Origin: an uncultured Akkermansia sp.
Lineage (GTDB): Bacteria; Verrucomicrobiota; Verrucomicrobiia; Verrucomicrobiales; Akkermansiaceae
Reading direction: 5' to 3'
Length of the DNA stretch: 64,000 bases
NCBI GenBank assembly: GCA_947631275.1
Contig: CANRKR010000002.1
Coordinates: forward strand, 296 to 64,295
Shown here: piece after piece, positions 63,582 to 64,000 of the stretch
Layout of the letters: every line of letters starts with the position of its first letter
Numbering within the stretch: the first letter of the stretch is position 1
Program-made: the position numbers and the translations under genes
The notes under the pieces: generated by a model
What the model was told of the DNA's origin: nothing
Databases searched by the model: none
Seen by the model: only the letters and a program-made list of their open reading frames with translations

Positions 63582-64000
63582 TTATTCCAATGAGCCGTCG
63601 TCGGGATACGACTGCTGCTCCAGCTTGGGGGCATTGATGAGAGCCTGTACATCCTCACCCGGGGGAGTGGACTGCGGAAGGCGATCAATTTTACGCACGG
63701 CAAAAGGAGGAAAATCCTCCTCCGGAATGATGTCACCGCCGGTGGAGAGGGTGTAGTAGCCGCGGTCGGGATCAAGGGCGCAGCGGATGTTGTTGTTAGG
63801 GTTCGAGTCGCGCGTGAAGGTGAACTCATTGGCAGCATTCCAGGCAGCGCCATCCCAACGGTAGGCGGGACCGAAGGTGGCGCTGCGCTCATGAGTCCTG
63901 GAATCGATATTGCGCATGAAATCCTCGACAAAGCCGCAGCCACCGCCGAGCCCGCGTCGTACGGCCTGCACGCGCCAGCAGCTCAGCAGCTCCCATGCGG
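63582..64000 (-). CDS. hypothetical protein, C-terminal fragment (frame open to window end)
   Basis: The minus-strand frame stays open from 64000 down to the stop at 63582-63584. Composition is protein-like (…FTFTRDSNPNNNIRCALDPDRGYYTLSTGGDIIPEEDFPPF…). No family recognised. Confidence 0.5.
   Translation of the reverse strand, partial: AWELLSCWRVQAVRRGLGGGCGFVEDFMRNIDSRTHERSATFGPAYRWDGAAWNAANEFTFTRDSNPNNNIRCALDPDRGYYTLSTGGDIIPEEDFPPFAVRKIDRLPQSTPPGEDVQALINAPKLEQQSYPDDGSLE

Noticed and set aside
63515-63943. 142-aa minus-strand ORF overlapping the 63582-64000 ORF in another frame
   Set aside because: It is P/S/A/T-rich with low complexity. Its 3' end at 63515 would overlap the tRNA-Ala promoter (63514-63542). 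The alternative frame, 63582 to the window end, has normal protein composition.
1-64000. Search for CRISPR arrays, IS elements or transposases, integrases, rRNA and toxin-antitoxin pairs
   Set aside because: I saw no regularly spaced direct repeats, no DDE, serine or tyrosine recombinase motifs in any ORF, and no rRNA-like sequence. The window is core chromosome with at most two small candidate acquired segments (11443-12579 and 24462-25467).

Overview
This is a 64-kb chromosomal segment, G+C roughly mid-to-high 50s % by eye (not computed). It is densely packed with housekeeping genes: I call 56 CDS (2 truncated by the window edges), 2 tRNAs, 12 sigma70-type promoter candidates and 5 intrinsic terminators. 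I saw no rRNA, CRISPR array, transposase, integrase or obvious prophage. Protein signatures suggest a PVC-group bacterium (Verrucomicrobiota-like): a giant autotransporter with PATR-type repeats, LpxI, a pseudokinase with an FGE-like domain, and few Shine-Dalgarno sites. That taxonomic call is inference only.

Gene layout:
- 963-10564 (+): str/S10 ribosomal cluster (rpsL rpsG fusA rpsJ rplC rplD rplW rplB rpsS [extra ORF] rplV rpsC rplP rpmC rpsQ rplN). It lacks tuf, carries a non-ribosomal ORF between rpsS and rplV, and stops at a terminator after rplN.
- 10648-14626 (-): leuC-leuD, an AT-rich orphan gene, and a DeoR regulator, preceded by tRNA-Gly(GCC).
- 15180-19877 (+): a 1565-aa autotransporter.
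- 19859-27328: HAD hydrolase, LptF/G permease, metallophosphoesterase, rpsU, fba, an orphan HTH gene, aroC and adk.
- 27434-33945 (+): a secreted hypothetical protein, a 2-oxoacid dehydrogenase E1alpha/E1beta/E2 set, and lpxI.
- 34077-39747 (-): uvrB and ftsH-rsfS.
- 40064-47153 (+): three hypothetical envelope genes, then der, an orphan ABC ATPase and tatC.
- 61009-47129 (-): a 14-kb co-directional array, exbB-exbD-giant TPR protein-PBP1-like-suhB-rsmB-addB-addA.
- 61168-63225 (+): an MFS sugar porter, followed by tRNA-Ala(GGC).

Best candidates for undescribed biology:
1. The three-gene envelope module at 40064-43588: a TM-anchored TPR-like protein, a bitopic pseudokinase with an FGE-like ectodomain, and a secreted beta-rich protein.
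2. The ExbB/ExbD-TPR-PBP cluster, whose class-A PBP homologue has lost its transpeptidase SxxK motif.
3. The secreted coiled-coil ORF embedded between rpsS and rplV.
4. The AT-rich orphan gene at 11443-12579.
5. The sugar porter with a ~208-aa insertion in loop 9-10.

All family assignments come from reading motifs by eye. No searches were run.
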